Assembly (NCBI RefSeq): GCF_009914755.1
Contig: NC_060927.1
Direction: 5' to 3' (one strand)
Length of the DNA: 64,000 nt
DNA from: the human T2T-CHM13v2.0 reference genome, Homo sapiens
In this document: one piece after another, positions 17,641 to 40,266 of the stretch
Position numbering within the stretch: position 1 is the stretch's first letter
Layout: each line of letters opens with the position of its first letter
Notes under the pieces: generated by a model
Databases searched by the model: none
What the model saw: the letters and a program-made list of their open reading frames with translations, nothing else
Told to the model about the DNA's origin: nothing
Translations under genes and position numbers: made by a program

Positions 17641-17988
17641 TTCACTTGCCAACAGTTTGATTCCACAGTGAATTTGAGAGCTCAGCCACCCGTGCACACA
17701 ACAGCTGCACTCTGTCTCTAGGTGTTCATGTCAGTGTGTGTCTCCCTTCCTGTCTCGCAACATTAATCATAATATTCTCAAGACCTAACTGTTAAAACAA
17801 TGTGCACGCTTTTTCTCTTTTAAAAAATGTTGTATTATGAAAATTTTCAAACACAAAAAGTAGAGAGAATAGGAGAAAGTGGACCACCATGTACCCATCA
17901 TTCAACTTCAACATTATCTTCATTACATCAATCTTGCCTCATCTAGTCCCCTTTCTTCTACTTTTTTGTTTTTTAAAAACACATTTTA

Positions 17989-18453
<465 letters not shown>

Positions 18454-18530
18454 TTAATTATTTTTAAAATGTATATAAGCTAGTGATTAACAAATTTTTA
18501 ATGTTTCTATTAGAAAAAATATAAAAGTGA

Positions 18531-18893
<363 letters not shown>

Positions 18894-19180
18894 TAAAAAT
18901 TCAAAGAAGGAAAATATACCCTGATAAAATGTAAAAGTATAAATTTGACCTGAGAAAAAAACTGTCAGTAAAAATTAAGAAAAAATATACAATGGCTGAA
19001 GACATGGTGAATAAAATTTGATGCAGACAAAAATAAAAAAGACCGAAATGAAGAAGCAAATTTTAATTATAAACATTAAATAAAATAACTTAAATATATT
19101 TAATGGTGTCTAATTCAGAGAAATAAATAAATAAAAATCAAAAGCTTATTTTTTAGAAGACACAACATCAATAAACCCCT

Positions 19181-19935
19181 TGCAGTAGTCAGAATTCTAA
19201 ATAGCCACCTTAAGATTTCCATTGTATCCCCAGGACTGAATGTGGTAGATTTTGCTCCCAGAATTAGCTTAGGCTATATGGCACACCTGACTTTAAGAAA
19301 GGGAGATTATCCATATGGAGTCAACCTAATCACATGAGCCCTTTAAAAGCAGAGAGAATTTCCTCCTACTGCTGGCAGAAGAGGAAGGAAGTCACAGAAG
19401 TCAGAGAGATTTAAAGTGTGAGAGGCACGGACAATCCACTCCTGTCTTGAAAATGAGGGGCCATGTATCAAGGAATGTGGCTGGCCTCTAGTAGCTGACA
19501 GCAGCCCCCAGCTGAGAGCTAGCAAGAAAACGGGACCCTCAGTCCTAAAGCTGCAAGGTCCTCGACTCTGTCAACAAGAATGAGCTTGAAAGTGGATTTA
19601 TTCCTAGAGCCTTCAGATGAGAACTCAGCCAGGCTGACACCTTGATTTTAGTGTTGTAATACCCTACACAGAGAACCGACACAAGCTGTGTCAGACTTCT
19701 TACCTACAGAACTGTGAGCCGGGTGAGGGATGAGAAATTACTTAATGATGCATTATTCATTTGGGTGATGGTTACATCAGCACCCCAGACTTCACCACTA
19801 CAATATACGCATGGAACAAAACTGCACTGGTGCCCCTCACATTTATATAAGCTTTTAAAAAGAACTGTGAACAAATACATGGATATTGTTTTAATCCACA
19901 AATTAACATGTTACACAGCAACAGAAAACTAATAC
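19181..19935 (+). mobile_element. MLT1E/F-like LTR containing a short L1 insertion
   Basis: tgcagtagtcagaattctaa start, cctaatcacatgagccctttaaaagcagag core, gttacacagcaacagaaaactaatac end. Confidence 0.7.
19718..19860 (+). mobile_element. 5'-truncated L1 (L1PB/MA-like) 3' end
   Basis: ccagacttcaccactacaatatac...aaaactgcac; agaactgtga TSD at 19708-19717 and 19861-19870. Confidence 0.75.
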
Positions 19936-22380
<2,445 letters not shown>

Positions 22381-22402
22381 TTTTGTCCCCATCTTCTAAT
22401 TA

Positions 22403-23707
<1,305 letters not shown>

Positions 23708-24188
23708 CACATAAAATGATTTTAGGGAATATTTGGGTAGCCTCAATCCCACAGTGCAAAAGTTATTCCTTATTCAATTATCTTTCCATCTTTCTAGACT
23801 GACATGGAAAAAGGGTCAGATTGTTACTACAGTATGCCTTTAACCCTCTCATCTTTTTCTAATAGAGAGGAGCCTCTAATCAAAGCCATCAGCAGTCTAG
23901 TATCTGTGAGAAGTGATACCTGTATTTCAGTTACAGTGATAATCAGTTTCCTGTTTAAATAAAAGCATTTAAATTAAAGAGTCAATTTAAAGGAAAAGTT
24001 AAGCAATAGTGCTGGAACCATGTGGATGGGTGAGATGTAGATGACTGAAGTGGGAACACTCACGGACCGCGGAGGTGTGGAACAGAGCTGTTTGCCTTTC
24101 AGGAACCTCCCCACCTATCTATATCCATATCCTTTTAGGAAATGCCTTCCACTGTCATGTGGTTTTAGAATTGCCTTCGCTCATTTTA

Positions 24189-24560
<372 letters not shown>

Positions 24561-24654
24561 TCATAGGCTTTGGATTTGAGGAAACTGGTCTAGGACAACA
24601 CATGAATATAACTGGGGTTGAGAAAGTTGTAGAGACCATTTTCTTCTGCCTTAA

Positions 24655-24979
<325 letters not shown>

Positions 24980-25693
24980 TGTTGTCTGTTTTTATTTGGG
25001 GAAATATTGGAAACTTTAGCAATGCAAAACTTGATAAATTGGAATTCACTGTCCAACTGGGGTTTCTTTCCTTCACTTCACATGTAGGAAGGAGAAAGAG
25101 GCAAAGTGCTTGGACAGCTAGTCAAGATTTCCAGAATGTGTCCTGGTTGGTACATATTTCACTGCACAGTCACTGCTGAGATTCAGATGGGGGCAAGCCT
25201 CCCTCAGAGTCTGAAATACCAAAACTTATTTGTATTTACTTCACGCAATTACTGCAGGCAAGGAAAGTAACTAATGTATTTTGGAAAGATTTTTAAAGAA
25301 AAGTAAAAGATTTTCTGCTTAATTCTCAGTTGCCCCCAATGTTAAAATTAACCAGAATATCTTATTCCCAAGTTAATTGCACTTTAATCTATTCTGCCTT
25401 CCTTCTAGAAAATAATGTGTTCAAGGGGAAAATATATATCCTTTTATAATATCTAGTAAGAAAATCCTTACAGAGATCTACATTAAGGAGAAATGGAACT
25501 TTTTCTTCTAAAAGTGATGTAGGGAAATATATATTTGCTTCATTTACTTAATTCAAATTGAATGGTAGATTTATGTCAGATGATATAATTTAGTGTGATA
25601 CCTAGTTGATCATGATTCATTGATTGTGCAGCTAGAATTAGAAACAGCTGTGCCTTCTAATGGCTGCAATTCCTTTAAAAAAAAAATATTTTC

Positions 25694-25932
25694 CCAGAAT
25701 GGGCAACATGGTAAAACTCTATCTCTACCAAAAATACAAAAATTGGCCAGGTGTGGTGGCATGTTCCTATAGACCCAGAAGCTACTGAGGAGGCTGAGAT
25801 GGCATAATCACTTGATCCCAGGAGTTCAAGGCTACAGTGAGCCATGATAGTGCCACTGCACTCCAGCCTGGGCAGCAGAGCAAGACCCTCCCAAAGTACT
25901 GGGATTACAGGTGTGAGCCACTGTGCCTGACC
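25694..25932. mobile_element. Chimeric Alu: forward AluJ-like piece fused to an inverted Alu 5' end
   Basis: ...gagcaagacc|ctcccaaagtactgggattacagg... junction near 25887. Confidence 0.75.
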
Positions 25933-25939
25933 CAAGTCC

Positions 25940-26217
25940 ACGGTTCTCTACTGGGGGTTAGTCATCTAGCTACCCTCCGCTCAGCATACACCAAAATTCC
26001 ATCCTCACAAAAGAAAAGCTCATGTTCAGCATAAACCATGTTGTCTGTGCAAACAGGTTAGGCACAGTAAACCACCCTTCTCAGTTAGGAAATGGTATGA
26101 ACACCCCCAGATTCCAAGTTCTGGGATATTAGCTAAGGGCCAGCCTTACTGGTTGATAGCAGGCCTTTACAGGGATAGCAGCATCAGGCCTGCTACGTTA
26201 ACTCTTTTTTGCCCCCA
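25940..26217 (-). mobile_element. MER21-like LTR fragment
   Basis: tgttcagcataaaccatgttg...caggcctgctacgttaactctttt. Confidence 0.7.
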
Positions 26218-26493
26218 TACACGTGATTGGAGTTGCTGGATTTGGGTGCTTCCTGGATAATGCTAAAAACAGAGTCCTTCTCTCCAACCCTCTCACCAGT
26301 GTTTTTTATCAGTTGGCACTTCCTTAAAAATGAATTGTACTGTCCACCAGACAAGGGCTATTATTAATGAAATAAATGCATTAAATTCATAAAAATGAGT
26401 AATTATTATTATACATTAATAAAAATAAATGCATATTATTTACCCCCAAATTTGAAGAACTCTATATTTAGGGCATTCTTGCCCTCCTTTTCG

Positions 26494-26552
26494 GCCTGAG
26501 TATTTGGCTCAGCCTGAGTATTTTGCTCAGCTCGAGTATTTTGCTCAGCTCG
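26494..26552. repeat. 18-bp tandem repeat, 3.3 copies
   Basis: gcctgagtatttggctca / gcctgagtattttgctca / gctcgagtattttgctca / gctcg. Confidence 0.9.
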
Positions 26553-26756
26553 CATAGACTTGGTCCTCACCATGTCCTGCTCCCAGCACTCCCTCAGCAT
26601 CATTCATCCCATTGTCCACATGTCTGGATGGGGAAAAGTCCCAGGATACGTAGCCTTCAGCCCTGCTGTTCTAGGGCCCATGGACCCACCAGACAAGTCT
26701 AGGTATGCTTGAAGGGGTGCCTGTGAGCTCCCTAAAACTGATTACAGTTATTCTGT

Positions 26757-27016
26757 GGGGAAGAGTATGGTACATTTTCTGTATGCAAAACATCTGGAAT
26801 TAGACTTCCTGAAATCAAATCCTGCCTCTGGCTCTTATGACCTTGGGTTACCTCATGTACTTAACATCTCTGTGCTTCAGTTTCCTTGTCTGCAAAATAT
26901 AAAATGGAACAATGGCACATGCCTTATACAGTTATAAGAGTTAAATTGGTGAATGCATGTAAAGTTCTTGGAAAGGGGCCTGGCACATAGGATATGCTCA
27001 ATAAATGTCAGTTGTT
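26757..27016 (+). mobile_element. MIR SINE, near full length
   Basis: cttaacatctctgtgcttcagtttcctt core; cctggcacatag..gctcaataaatg end. Confidence 0.8.
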
Positions 27017-27208
27017 AAGTTCTGCCCACTTGGTGACAAGTGCAGTGTCAGCAAGTAAGAGGAGATATTTTGAAACAAAGAGACTTGGTAGCACTTTTCC
27101 AAATCGATCACCCAGGGAAACAGTAGTTTGTGCACACAGTGCTGGGGTCCCCAACACCACCTCCCTTTACTTGCTGACACTAAACTTGTCACCAAATGGG
27201 CAGAACTT
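27017..27208. repeat. 48-bp inverted repeat with 96-bp spacer
   Basis: Arms 27017-27064 and 27161-27208 match at 43/48 positions. Confidence 0.9.
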
Positions 27209-27399
27209 TCAGATTCAGTAGGTTCCTGATGTAGGCTGGGGTATATCTGTGACCTTAAGGCATACCCAGATTCCTCAGACAGCACATAAATCCTGTTGGG
27301 AGTGATTGCTTGGCAGTTAGCTAGGCTCACACTCTAGTAAATGGCTCACTTTCCCATCAGATCCCAGATCCTCACCATGTCCTGCAGGTGGGCATGATC

Positions 27400-28038
<639 letters not shown>

Positions 28039-28338
28039 TTAGGCACCATCTCACAGGGAGTCTTCTGGGTGTTTGGTTCCCACAATCTGTTTAATCTGTC
28101 AGTCAATACAGCTCTCCCCACCCCGGCCCTCCCTCCTTTATACACCCCAAACCAGCCTCTTCCCAGCATGCTGCTTGGGCTTTCTTACTTCCAAGCCCCT
28201 TTTCAGGCTAGAAGAGCAAAGGCTGTGGAGACAGAGAAGTAGATCTTGGATCTGCTACTAAAGAACTGTGTGATTTTGGACAAGTTAATTAACGTCTCTG
28301 AACCTTAGCCTTCTCAACTCTAATACTCTTAGCCCTCT

Positions 28339-28679
<341 letters not shown>

Positions 28680-30079
28680 TCATTGGGAAGGTAAAATGAC
28701 TTGGTAAAGGTGAAGTGCTTGGTATAGTGCCTGGCACATACTAACTGCTCAATTAATGTTTGAAATTATAATTCTTTTCTCAGAATGTAAGTACCAGTAA
28801 GGCAATGAAAACAAGCCATCAGAACAGACACCTATTGGTAACGGCACTGGGTCCTGAGGGGCCCAGCTAGGAATTACCCTCGTTCGCTATCTTTTGGCTA
28901 CTTCTCTGGCCTTTGCCCCAACTATTACCAAGGCAGAAAATGCAGTATGCTGGATCTCTACAAAGCTGGCTTACCTCCTTGAAGCCTTCCAGGGTCACCC
29001 ACACCAAAGTAACCCCTTGGTCACTATCACATCACCATATTTTATTTTCACAGCACCCAGCATTATGTGATATTTTCTTGTTGATATATTTGTTTTCTGT
29101 CTTCCCTCACTAAAGGCAAGCTCTGCGTTATAGGAACTATCTCACTCCCAGAATGGGAATCAGTACCTGAAACATCAGAGGTACAAATGTTTGTGGGAGA
29201 AGGGAGAGAGGTCAGGGGAAAGAAAGGGGAAAGGCAGGGAAGGCAGATAGATGGGCACTTGTAAAGTCAACAGGTGTAACTATTTCTCCCTCTTCCAACC
29301 CCCTCAGCACTTTGTATTTCACCATGTAGTTTGGGTATGCATCGGTTTACTCCTGCCCTTGCCATACCGAAGCTCCCTGAGAGTTGGGATTTTCTGTAGC
29401 CCCTGGCACGGTGCCCCACACCATTAGAGGATTCATCAGTAGTTATTGCTTAAAGGATCTATAATTCCATTTCTTTGGAGCAATTTACAATGATCGGATA
29501 AAAGAATGTTCAATTATTTAACAGCGTAAAGTACAAAGCAGGATGTATTTTCATTTCCATCTTTTCAGAATTAAGCAGCAGGAAAGCAATGCAATTCATT
29601 ACAGTTATCAAATAATTATTAGTTTTCCAGGGCCATTCACCCATGTCAGTGGCTGTGAACCTAGGTAAGGAAAGCTTAGTCCTCCGTTATACTAGTGGGA
29701 ACAATTGAGGTTCTCCAGCACTGAGGAGCAAAATGAGATGTGGTATTCATGTTATTTAGTTGTACCAAGGGAATCTGGTGGGCTAATAACTCTGAATGTC
29801 TTCCTAGGTATGACGCTCAGGCTATGATAAGTAAAGGGGATGGTAGGAACCCATAATGCTCCACGCAAAGCTCAAAAAGGGATTATTTTGTCATTTTAAA
29901 ATCTTCATGAAAGTCTTGAATTCTTCCCATTTTCCCAAATTGAGAGATAAGAGTCTGAAAGATAATTTAGCAGGTTTAAAAAGATAGATGTATTAGACCT
30001 AGAAACATATTTTACGGTCTTCCTCCCCAAATTGTACTATAAACAACCAGAAACTTACTTTTATTCTCATTGTACACTC

Positions 30080-30450
30080 ATTCATTCATTCATTCACATA
30101 TTCAACATGCATTTACTTGGTGCCAACCATGTGCAGGTGCCTGTGCTTGAGCAGTGGGGAGATGCCAAACGAGACACCTCTAGCCTGGAATTGCCCATGA
30201 CCTGGGGAGAGAGAGCATGGGCAAAGGGCCCAAGGCCAGAGCATGCCTGGCGTGTCTGAGAATCAGCAAGGGCAGTGGCCAGGGTGGAGTCTGTGAGGAG
30301 GAGGGGGAGTGAATGAAGTCAGAGTGTTAGAGGACAGGGAGACCATTTGGGCTCTTGCAATAATCTAAGCATGAGATAACCGTGGCCTGGACCAGGGTAG
30401 TGGAGGTCTAGATGGTGAGCCATGGTCAGATGCTGGATGTACATTGAAGG
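30080..30450. mobile_element. L2 fragment
   Basis: cattcattcattc..atttactt; ggcctggaccagggtagtgg..atggtcagatgctggatg. Confidence 0.6.
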
Positions 30451-30951
30451 CTTATTGTGGCCACAGGTGGGATAAAACCCTTAATCTCAAGGCTACGCTT
30501 GCTCTGTTATGGGAAATTGCATTTATATATTACATGTTGTAATTACAGAACTATGTTTGCAGTAGGAAAATAAGTGTAGTTGCCCAAAGCAGTAACGTAC
30601 AGCCATCACGCGCCACCCTGCTGACTCTTTTTCTGTAACTTCATTTGTATCTGAGTGGCTTCACTTCACTTGTTATTCAGAAAGCCTCGATACCCTTTGT
30701 GTTGACGTTTGGTTACAGGTATGTAACCTGTTTGTAATCAACTTTGTGACACTAAGAGATTTATTTCTAAACAGCAACATAAATTCAAAATTTTCCCTAA
30801 GTGCCAAATCTATCATTTGCAGACATGTATGGGTGGAACTGAGATTCACTAACATTTACTGGGCGTTTAATACATGCCAAGTACTACATTGGGGCACTCA
30901 CAGAACTGTTATGAATTGATCTTTCCAATAACTTCAAAAGAAGTAAATTTA

Positions 30952-31480
<529 letters not shown>

Positions 31481-32134
31481 ACCATTCTGACATATCGCAA
31501 GGTGGTAAGAAGGTGTGGAACAGGGGTGGGGCCATGGTGCAGTAAGGGAGGTTGAGGGAACACACTGTGTTCACAAAAGACAAAAGGAGGAATAAGTGTA
31601 GACTTCCTACCATCTGGCCTTCTGTGAACCCGACCATGATTTCACACACACGCTTCCTAAGATCTGCATACATTGCCAAGGGTTTTGACATGAATCCTGC
31701 AACTACACTTGAGCATCCTCTCCTATTACACTTGAGCATTGGAGTTTACATAGATTTTTAGACTTATTCAAGCTGCCAGTGAATATTACAGGTTCTGTAA
31801 GTTGAAGGGGAAACACAATATCATTTCCTATTCTCTGTTAATATGGATACTATATACAGAGGAGTAAGTTTTAACTGTGGACGCCATCGAAGCCGTTCTT
31901 TTTATCAGTACCTATTCCTTCCTACTACTGAGCATAAAATAATGCTGACACTTTCAAAAGAGAAAACCTAGTAGTTCTAGCAGCAAAGAAACTTTATTTT
32001 TCCCAGTGTTTATCTTAACCTAAAATATACTGGCCTTTTCAGAGTCAGTCATACTAAAGGCTTATTTTTATAATCATGAAAGTGTATGTTCTCTATAAAA
32101 TATTTAGAAAATAAATAAAATATAAAATATGTAT

Positions 32135-32777
<643 letters not shown>

Positions 32778-32780
32778 TTA

Positions 32781-33125
<345 letters not shown>

Positions 33126-33538
33126 TCACTAGTCAGAAAAGCAGGGAATTCATTTCAGAATCAGCACAACCATGATTAATGGAGTGTGGAAACTGGGCCA
33201 GGTACTGTCCTGTTTGGCACCGAGGAACAGAGAGAAGGAAAGAACCCAATTCCTTCATAGCAGGGCATGCTTCTCTAGATTTACAGGCACAGTCATTCTA
33301 ATCCCTCCAAAATTCTGAAGCCATGCGTATGAGCTAAACAATTGTTGTTGTAGAAAAATCCACCTATTGGTAGGGTGGTTTTAGGAAGCTGCTTTTGTGG
33401 TGGTTCATCTGCTTTCCCTTAGCCCCTCTCTCTGGGATCAGCATTTCTGAGAAGTTTGACCAGGGATAGAAGTGAGGCAAAGCAGATAACTGGCCACCAC
33501 AGAGGTAAAGCTCTCTCCAATGTCAAGAATATCACATG

Positions 33539-33539
<1 letters not shown>

Positions 33540-33619
<80 letters not shown>

Positions 33620-33659
33620 GTATATATATACACATATATACATACACACACATATACAT

Positions 33660-33696
<37 letters not shown>

Positions 33697-33697
33697 T
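33540..33697. repeat. Compound (TA)n(CA)n microsatellite
   Basis: About 24 TA units, about 15 CA units, then mixed TA/CA. Confidence 0.95.
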
Positions 33698-34989
33698 GAG
33701 GAATATCACATGCAACCTGAACTGACCACTACAGAGAGAAACTAATAATAGAGCATCAGGCACTAGAAGCTTATAACAGCCGTGCTGCCTTAAGGGGTAA
33801 AGGAGGGTGCAGTGACACAGGGATGAAAACTAACATTTCTGAAACCATTACACACTGGAAAGCTCCCAGGGCTGCAGAGTGGAGGCTGGGAGAGAATAGG
33901 AGAAGTGACCAAACAGATCTGTCCTTAGGAATGATTTTCACTGCCTTGCGGGTAGACACATACATGGAAAATGTACTTTCTCAATGTGCAAACAATTAAG
34001 CATTCTGGCAAGTCCCCTGTATCTAGAACCCTCTTTACTACCTGTCCCTGGGTTTGAACTTCTACCATGGTTTATTCATTCCATGGATTAAGATTTTAGA
34101 AGTCCAGGAACCCCATGCTAAAATGCGTATTCCCCAGGAGTTATAGCATCTTAAGCCAGCAATGAACAGGCATCATTTTTTGTGCTATTACCAGTCAATT
34201 GGGGGTGACTTTCTATAGCCCTGAGGTGTTCCCCAGGCTCAGGGAGAAAGAGCTCATGATTGATTAGTTATGTCTGCAGTGGTCATGGTACTGGAGTGCC
34301 ATGCATTTGCCACTCGGTACTAAACTATTATAATGGGTGTAACAATTTTGAAATGCCTTCTGATTTATGTTCTCTTATCAAGAAACCATTTATTTTCCCT
34401 ATACCCCATCTGCATTAAGGTTGAGTGAAGAAGATAGAGTATGGGTGATAGGTAAGCCCCTCCTGATGGGAGAGGATGCAGAAGTCCTTCCAGAGAAGAA
34501 ATAACTCTGGGAGAGGGAAAAGGGCGCAAACATCAGAACAACAACAGTGCAGACTCCCTCCTCAACCAGGTAAGTTTGGAACAGGTCCCAGGGCAGAAAT
34601 TTCATTTTCTTGTTTTCTAAGGATGGAGGGTCAGGAAAAAGATCAGGTTAATCACAGAAAATAAGAAAGTTGTCTTTTCACACCTGAGTAATGGTATGTT
34701 AAAATTGTGAGTCTGCTACATGATAACCAGCTGCTTAATGTGGGGCTAAACTCATCATGTAAACCCACAGAAAGGTGGTTTTAGATGACAGAATGGAGAA
34801 AGAAGGACTATCAGTTATTGAGCAACTATTATGCACCAGGCATGCAGTAGGCACTTTACAGAAATTGTTTAATCCTTGCAACAATTTTTTGAGAGGGAGG
34901 TTATCCCTATTTCAGATATAAGAAAACCGAGGCTCAGAAATTTAAATTATTTGTTCATGTTCACAAAGCTAGTTAAAAGTGGCACTAGA

Positions 34990-35615
34990 GGCTGGGCATG
35001 GTGGCTCACGCCTGTAATCCTAGCACTTTGGGAGGCCAAGGCGGGCAGATCACTTGAAGTCAGGAGTTCAAAACCAGCCTGGCCAGCATGGTGAAACCCT
35101 ATCTCTACTAAAAATACAAAAAAATTAGCCAGGCATGGTGGTACATGCCTGTAATCCCAGCTACTTGGGAGGCTGAGGCAGGAGAATCACTTGAACTCAG
35201 GAGGCGGAGGTTTCAGTGAGCCAAGATTGCACCACTGCACTCCAGCCTGGGTGACAAGAATGAAACGCCATCTCAAAAAAAAAAAGGGGGGGGTGGGGGA
35301 TGGGCACTAGGATTTGAAGTAGGATCTACTAAAAATAAAAAAAATACAAAATAATTACAAAAATTAGCCAGGCATGGTGGTGCACGCCTAAAATACAAAA
35401 AAATACAAAAAATTAGCCGGGCATGGTGGTGCACTCCTGTAATCCCAGCTACTTGGGAGGCTGAGGCAGGAGAATCACTTGAACCTGGGAGGCAGAGGTT
35501 TCAGTGAGCCAAGATTGCACCACTGCACTCCAGCCTGGGTGACAAGAATGAAACACCGTCTCAAAAAAAAAAAGGCCGGGGGGGCGGGTGGGCACTAGGA
35601 TTTGAAGTAGGATCT
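34990..35615 (+). mobile_element. Alu inserted in a MIR, with tandem duplication of its right arm and 3' flank
   Basis: ggcactag TSD core; tgggcactaggatttgaagtaggatct occurs at 35301-35327 and 35589-35615. Confidence 0.88.
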
Positions 35616-36127
35616 GGCCAACCTGAGATGTGTAATGTTTCTCCTCAGCTACAGGAGGCATGGGCCGGGGGACGTCAGCTGCCCCCATTTCCAGGGAGAG
35701 ACTGACAAGCGGAGATATTTGGCATAAAATGTGTTGTTTTTACAGAAATCTTTAAATAGCTGTAAAGGATTAAAATAAGTCATGAAAATAAGAAACTTTA
35801 CATCAAAAGAAGAATAAAAAGTATCAAAGACATCTAATAAACCAGCAAGCATTTTAGTACAGCAGTTGGATAAGTAGAATGACTGTGTACAAATTTAATC
35901 CTATGAAACTAACTTAATGGAGGTTCTAGTTCTAGTTAAACTATTAACTTAAAAATCTTGTTTTGTTTAATGTTTCAAAATGTGGGTGGGAAAATAGAAG
36001 AGAGAAGTATTCTTTTGGAATTGTAAAAGAACTTAATTCTTGTCTACTCTAACTCCTCTATTTTACACATGAAGTAACAGACCCAGTGTAAGCATGTTTT
36101 ACAGTAACCTCCATTGAAACTACATGA

Positions 36128-37317
<1,190 letters not shown>

Positions 37318-37321
37318 TTAA

Positions 37322-37798
<477 letters not shown>

Positions 37799-37911
37799 GC
37801 GATGCTGTTTCTGCAATTGTCTGGGACCACTCAGCAGACTTGGGGTTACTAGGTGGGTAGCTGAGTATGTTTTATCTGCTTATCTCAATGGAAAGGCCCT
37901 ATCTTCCTCTA

Positions 37912-38109
<198 letters not shown>

Positions 38110-38745
38110 TTAATGATGGATGTATTAAAGATGCATAATGACCACAATCAGACAAGTGAAAAGACTGCATAACTCTGAATTGCTCTTTTATAAAAACCTC
38201 AACTCAGAGGCAGAGCCATTTACTAGGGACAAAGCTTAACTAACCACTGTTCCTGCCGCCAGGTGCCCAGACACTGCTTCAGGAGCCTGAGGAACGCAGT
38301 GGCTTTTCTATCATGACCTGACCTGGGCTTCTCAGCATGAAGACAGAGCTGCATTCCTGGGTGAGAAGTAAACCTGTCAGCCCGGCTTTTGAGATGCTTG
38401 CTTACTTGAAGGGCACGCATATCTTTGGTGGATGCAACTGCTAGGGAGGAAGCAGAGATACTTGCCTCCTCAAACCAAACAGGTGAAGAAGGGAAAGCGT
38501 TGAAATCACCATCAAGGAGCTGCAAATGGCCACACGGAGTAAGTGGAATTCTTGCCGGTCAGTTTCTAGACCATTCAATTGGCAAACACAAATCCAGAGA
38601 AACTAGGCCTGGGAGAGCTTTTGCTTTTTCTCAACTCCTGCCAGAAAGTGAATTTGGAAAGCCTCGTCTGTCCTCCTTGTTATTAGGGACTACTGTGGCA
38701 CCCTCACTAGCTTCCTCTGTAATAACACTGTAATAACATGCTAGT

Positions 38746-39447
<702 letters not shown>

Positions 39448-39953
39448 AGGTGCCAGCATTTAAGACATACATAAAACACATCATACTTTTCTAAGGAAAA
39501 ATGAATATACATGTACTGACAGTGATTTTAAAGTGATTTTGTAAGTGAAATATACAATTTTAAACATATAGATTATGTATATTGAAATCCAATAGGAAAT
39601 AATAAGTTCTGGAATGAGCAGTAATATTTTATTAACCCTGACAAAAAGGTGTAAGACAACATAGCTAAGAAGAAATACATTGGTACCTGTGAAAATTAAA
39701 AGATAGTAGGTTTGCAGTAGTAATAAATTTAGACCAAATGATTAGCAGGATAATAAAAACTACACCTGTAATCCACAGCAGTCTTGTGGCTTCCTGTTTG
39801 GTCTAAGAAAACCACACGTAGGATACGCGTCCTTGTTGGGATGCTTGGTGTTACCACATTTCACCAGTAGGAGGCAGCAGCATCCACCATTTAACCTTTC
39901 ACTCTCGCCTTCCGTTTTTATGGCACATTGGACACAAGGCATTTAATTTTGGG

Positions 39954-40075
39954 TAGAGTTGCCAGATTTAGGAAAAACAACAACAGGGTGCCCAGTTAAA
40001 TTTAAATTTTAAATCGACAAGGAATTGTTTTATTGTATGCCTCAACTGTTGCATGTATTTTCTCTGGCAACCCTA
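39954..40075. mobile_element. MER53-like hAT MITE, internally deleted
   Basis: TIRs tagagttgccaga / tctggcaacccta; perfect 8-bp TSD attttggg at 39946-39953 and 40076-40083. Confidence 0.8.
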
Positions 40076-40263
40076 ATTTTGGGTGGGGCAGAGCAGAATT
40101 GTGGATGGGAGACAGGGAGGGACTGCCTCTTAGGTGCCAGCAAGTACAGGACATTTTGTCTAAACGAGTCACAAACCATTTCATAGATTTGGAAACTTAG
40201 AGACACGATTAATTAGGAAGAAGCAGAGCCTGAATTTGAACCCAGAATAGTTTGTTCCAAAGC

Positions 40264-40266
<3 letters not shown>

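Noticed and set aside
26494-26552. CRISPR-like array of palindromic repeats
   Set aside because: No spacers, only three units, mammalian intron context
33419-33763. YIYI/THTH-rich ORFs
   Set aside because: Translations of the (TA)n(CA)n microsatellite
34567-34575. Perfect + strand donor CAG|GTAAGT suggesting an antisense exon
   Set aside because: One such 9-mer is near chance expectation in 64 kb and I found no convincing partner acceptor or exon chain
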